From contig NC_086097.1 of NCBI RefSeq assembly GCF_963921235.1, positions 112,036,001 through 112,100,000 on the forward strand: 64,000 nt of DNA. Direction: 5' to 3'. The notes beneath the pieces are model-generated. The model worked only from the letters and a program-made list of their open reading frames with translations. It ran no database searches and had not been told where the DNA came from. Shown piece after piece: positions 60,245 through 64,000 of the stretch. Each line of letters begins with the position of its first letter. Within the stretch, counting starts at the first letter, position 1. Source of the DNA: Mobula hypostoma. Taxonomy: Eukaryota. Position numbers and translations under genes: made by a program.

Positions 60245-61650
60245 TTGGAAGTTGTATTTGTTCTCTCTGGCAGCTTGGCCCACATATTCACCACCCTCTG
60301 TGTGAAAAACATACCCATCAGATCTCCTTTAAGTTTCTCCCTTTCTACTTTAAACCTATGGCCACTAGTTCTAGACTCCCCTGACTTGGGAAAAGAGATT
60401 CTGACTATTTATTCTATGCATGACTAACATAATTTTATAAACCTTTATAAATTGAACTTTCAGTCTCCTACATTGCAGTGGGATTAAACCCAGTCTGATC
60501 AATATGTTCTGCAGGCAATATTCTGCTGAATCTCTTCTGCACTCTCCTTTGCTACCATATTCTTCTTATAGTGTGACAACCAAAAATATACACAAAAATC
60601 TAAATGCAGTCTAAGCAATGTTTCATAGAGCTGCAACATACTGTGATGAAAGAGGGTTACAAAAGTACACCTAGAATAAGATGTTAACTGTCCTGTCCCA
60701 GTGGGATCAACAGTTGATCTGCCACCTGTCTTCAGGAGAGAGAGATAAGTAAGACAATGGAGCAGCATTTGGAAATGTTAATGAAGAGACGAGAGAGTTT
60801 AACGGAAGGACACACTGGTCTGAATATTGTCAAGACCGGCTCCTTTTGAACCCTGAACTGTTTGAAGTGTGATGGACAGGCGATACCCCAGCAGGGGGAT
60901 AAAAAGGGACAGGTTCGCTAAGGCAATTGACACACGACTCCACGAGGTAACGAGACTCTGAAAGCGGTGTGCCGCCCCCCCCCCACTATTTGGTGGGAGT
61001 TGTTGGAGGTCTGATCGTGGGACCAGCCATAGACGCACAGGGTAGAAAGGTACAGATCGGCGGGAACCTGGTGTGTGTGTCCACCCTTGCCTGGGTGCTG
61101 GGTTCACCGCAGAAGAACGATCGTATCTGGAACGGAGGGGTCACAGTCGATTACCTCAGAAGACATTACCAAGGACTCGTCCGAAAGCTAACTGCGAGGA
61201 ATATCGAAGGTCTGTGTGGAATCCGTTTTGAATATTCATTCGCTTTCGCTCTCTCTCCTTTTCCCCGCCCAACGGCACAACAGTGATTACTGCGAACTGA
61301 ACTAAACTCAATTGAACTGAACTTTGTGTCACTTGAAACTGGTCATTTACCCCTAGACTGCGATAGAGCTTGATTGATCCTATTATCCTAGTTCTGTGTA
61401 CATGTGTGTTTATTCATTGCTAACCTGTTGCATTTATATCCTTACTATTAGAGTACTGTGTTGCTTATTTCTTTAATAAAACTTTCTTAGTTCCAGTAAT
61501 CCAGACTCCAACTAAGTGGTCCATTTCTGCTGGTTTGGCAAACTAGTTACGGGGTATGTAACAATACCATCCCAACTATTATGCTCTATATCTCAGTCTA
61601 CGAAGGTAAGCATATCAGATGTCTTCTTCACAACCCCTATCTACCTTTGT
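60245..61650 (-). mobile_element. CR1 LINE 3' fragment split by the solo LTR
   Basis: MLQLYETLLRLHLDFCVYFW; continuity across the TSD. Confidence 0.8.
60642..61563 (+). mobile_element. Solo LTR (922 bp) inserted into a CR1
   Basis: TGTGA...TAACA ends; TSD ATAC (60638-41, 61564-67); flanks rejoin as a minus-strand CR1 (..gggatggtat|gttgcagctctat..); AATAAA at 61475-80. Orientation tentative. Confidence 0.88.
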
Positions 61651-61884
61651 TTTCATTTTCAGCAAGATATGAATGGGCTCAGCCTGTTAGATCATGGGCA
61701 AATTCATCCCCACCATTGGTAACATCTACACGAGTAGATGCCTCAAGAAGGCAACATCCATCATCGAAGATCTCCACATCACCACATTTTAGAACGGCAA
61801 CTTCCTTTCAATCATTTGGTCTTGAACCAACCTGCACAACCCTAGTCACTACAGTATAGCAACACTATAATTACTTTGCCTCCA

Positions 61885-62275
61885 AGAGCATTACTACCTT
61901 GTCATGGTCTGGAGCTTGTATGCTTCAATGACTTAGAGAGCTATGTTGGCTGGAGTCAGGGCTTTATGCTTTGGATTTTGATAGGGTCACCCATGGCAAA
62001 TAAGTCAAAGGCCAGACTGAGAGTGGTCCATTGGTCCTCACGTTGGGTGTACAGCTCAGGCTAACATTCCTGACTAGTAAAACAAAATCGTTATGGAAAC
62101 AATTCTTTCTACATCTGAGTGCAATGATATTCCTGGGTTTCCACCTGGGACTTTCAAGACTGACAGTAGTGAAAACCAAGAGGAAACTACTGACACGATG
62201 AAGGAAGCCCTGAAAACCCTCAGAGATGAAGGACCTTCATTGCTGCTCTAAATGGCAGCGAAGTAACAGGCAGTC
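61885..62275 (+). mobile_element. SINE-like interspersed repeat
   Basis: Homologous to 44530-44705 and 56720-57030. Confidence 0.7.
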
Positions 62276-62499
62276 TCCTCCTCCTCCATGACTACTTTGA
62301 CCACTTTGCATTAAATGGACCTTTTTTGTCAAAGTTGTATATAATTTATGCTTTTCTTGTGAATGTTGTCTGATTCTATGTGACTGTGGTGCTGTTGCAA
62401 GTAATATTTTCATTGCACCTTGCATACATGAACTTGCACATATGACAATAAACCCAACTTTGACTTTGACGTACATACTTTCACCAATATTTTCTCTTA

Positions 62500-63010
62500 C
62501 ATCGGCATTCCTAAGATCCTTGCCATTAACACCCTGGTAGAATTTGAGCAAAGTGTATTACCTCATACTTGTCTGGATTAAATTCCATCTCCCACTGCTC
62601 CACTGTTCCAGTTGATCTACATCCAACATTCACCATCTATTAGTTCAACAATTTTATTGTTGTCTGCAGATTTACTAATCAGACCACCTACAGTATATTC
62701 AATCCAAGTCACTTACGTTTCTCAAACAAAAGTTCCACATTCAATCCTTAATGTACATTTGTTATATTTGTCAGAAATAAACACCAATCCACCACAATGC
62801 TCTACCTTCTACCAGCCAGTCAACTTTGGATCCAGTTTGCGAACATATTGAATCACAAACCCGTGTGGCTTAACCTTCTGGATCAGTCTGCCATGCGGAA
62901 TATTGTCAAACACCTTACTGAAATCCTTGTAAACTGCCTCTGCCACTTTGCTGTCATCAATTTTCTTAGCTATCTCCTCAAAAAACTCGATCAAAATACT
63001 CACTAGCAAA
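62500..63010 (-). mobile_element. CR1 LINE RT fragment
   Basis: LIEFFEE..DFSKVFDNIPHGRLIQK. Confidence 0.8.
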
Positions 63011-64000
63011 TGACATAAGGAGCAATACTGAAATTACAACTCTTGAGATCCTGTTTTTCAACTTCCTATTTGACTCACTAAATCCCTTTTGTTATTCACT
63101 TTCTGCCTTTGTTTAAACCAACATGAACATCAACCTCTGGTTGCTCACCCTGCCCTTTTAGAATGGTCTCCATCCATTCGGAGACATCCCGGAATCTTTC
63201 TCACAGACATGAAAACATTTATCTGTCTCTTCGACTATCAAGTACCTCTTTGCTGCTTTGTCCTACCTTGCTCTTTCACTGCTTTTCCCTGCCCTGTTAA
63301 TAGCAGAGTCAATCATTATGTCACTGATTTGACTACTGCAGTTGTCCTTGACAGAAGTTCCTAAGTGGTATATCTGTTGGAAAACATTTCCACCATAGTT
63401 TGTGTAGGTAATGTTGGGAAGTAAACAAAGTCTGACAGGAAGGAACACAGAGAAAATAAATAGATTTTTAAACAAAAGCCAATATATGCTGGAGTTTCTT
63501 CATCACAATTGGTCATTGGGGTTGACACTAAAAAGATATTTATAAAAGATTTATAAATAAGAAAAAATTAAGAAGCTAATTTGAGTGTGGTATATTCACA
63601 CTTCAATGACCTCCACTCTATCCTTAAGACTTCCCGATTACAAATGGTACAATCACAATACTACACAAAAATATTCAGCTTTTCATCTACCAGAATCAAA
63701 AACTTGTGTCCTGAAAATATTTTGTTTAGTTTATTTTCATTGGAGTACATAGAAGTATGTTTTTAACATAACATTATTAACATAACATAACATTAACATA
63801 ACAGCATCACATTATTACACACTTAATCTCCTACGATTTACACTACTTACAAACAATAGTTTCAAAGCATAGCCCAGTCATCTCTATCCAGAACACGCTC
63901 AAGCCCACGTGGAGCTCATCAGCCCCAGCGGCTGTATTTCATTAGGAGTTTGAGGAGGTTTGGTATGTCATCAAAACACTTGCAAATTTCTAAGATGTAC

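Noticed and set aside
63763..63802. (TAACA)n-like array as a telomeric or functional repeat
   Set aside because: Short and degenerate; most likely a retroposon microsatellite tail.

Overview
Vertebrate genomic DNA, mostly transposon-derived. The repeat families (CR1, Rex1/Babar, Penelope-like, V-SINE) suggest a cartilaginous fish, probably a ray; this is inference. One host gene is present: an intact minus-strand DCSTAMP with three coding exons (54085-53063, 41857-41525, 29548-29435; 489 aa), a polyA signal at 29149-29154 and a candidate promoter/non-coding exon 1 near 58.9-59.1 kb. The rest is nested mobile DNA. (i) A decayed Gmr1-type Ty3/gypsy element (PR-IN-RT-RH order, tRNA-Pro PBS) is invaded by a Penelope-like element with inverted pseudo-LTRs and minimal hammerhead ribozymes, by a PLE-derived hairpin and by a tRNA SINE. 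(ii) DCSTAMP intron 3 holds a non-autonomous Tf1/sushi-like element: two ~1.1-1.2 kb LTRs, a 159-bp interior, a 5-bp TSD and an intact self-priming signal. (iii) A solo LTR carries the 3' tail of a HERO-like LINE. (iv) A second decayed gypsy is split by a CR1. (v) Many CR1, Rex, Tc1 and SINE relics fill the remainder. No rRNA, true tRNA gene or CRISPR array was found. Family assignments come from motif recognition by eye, not database searches, and boundaries of old relics are approximate.
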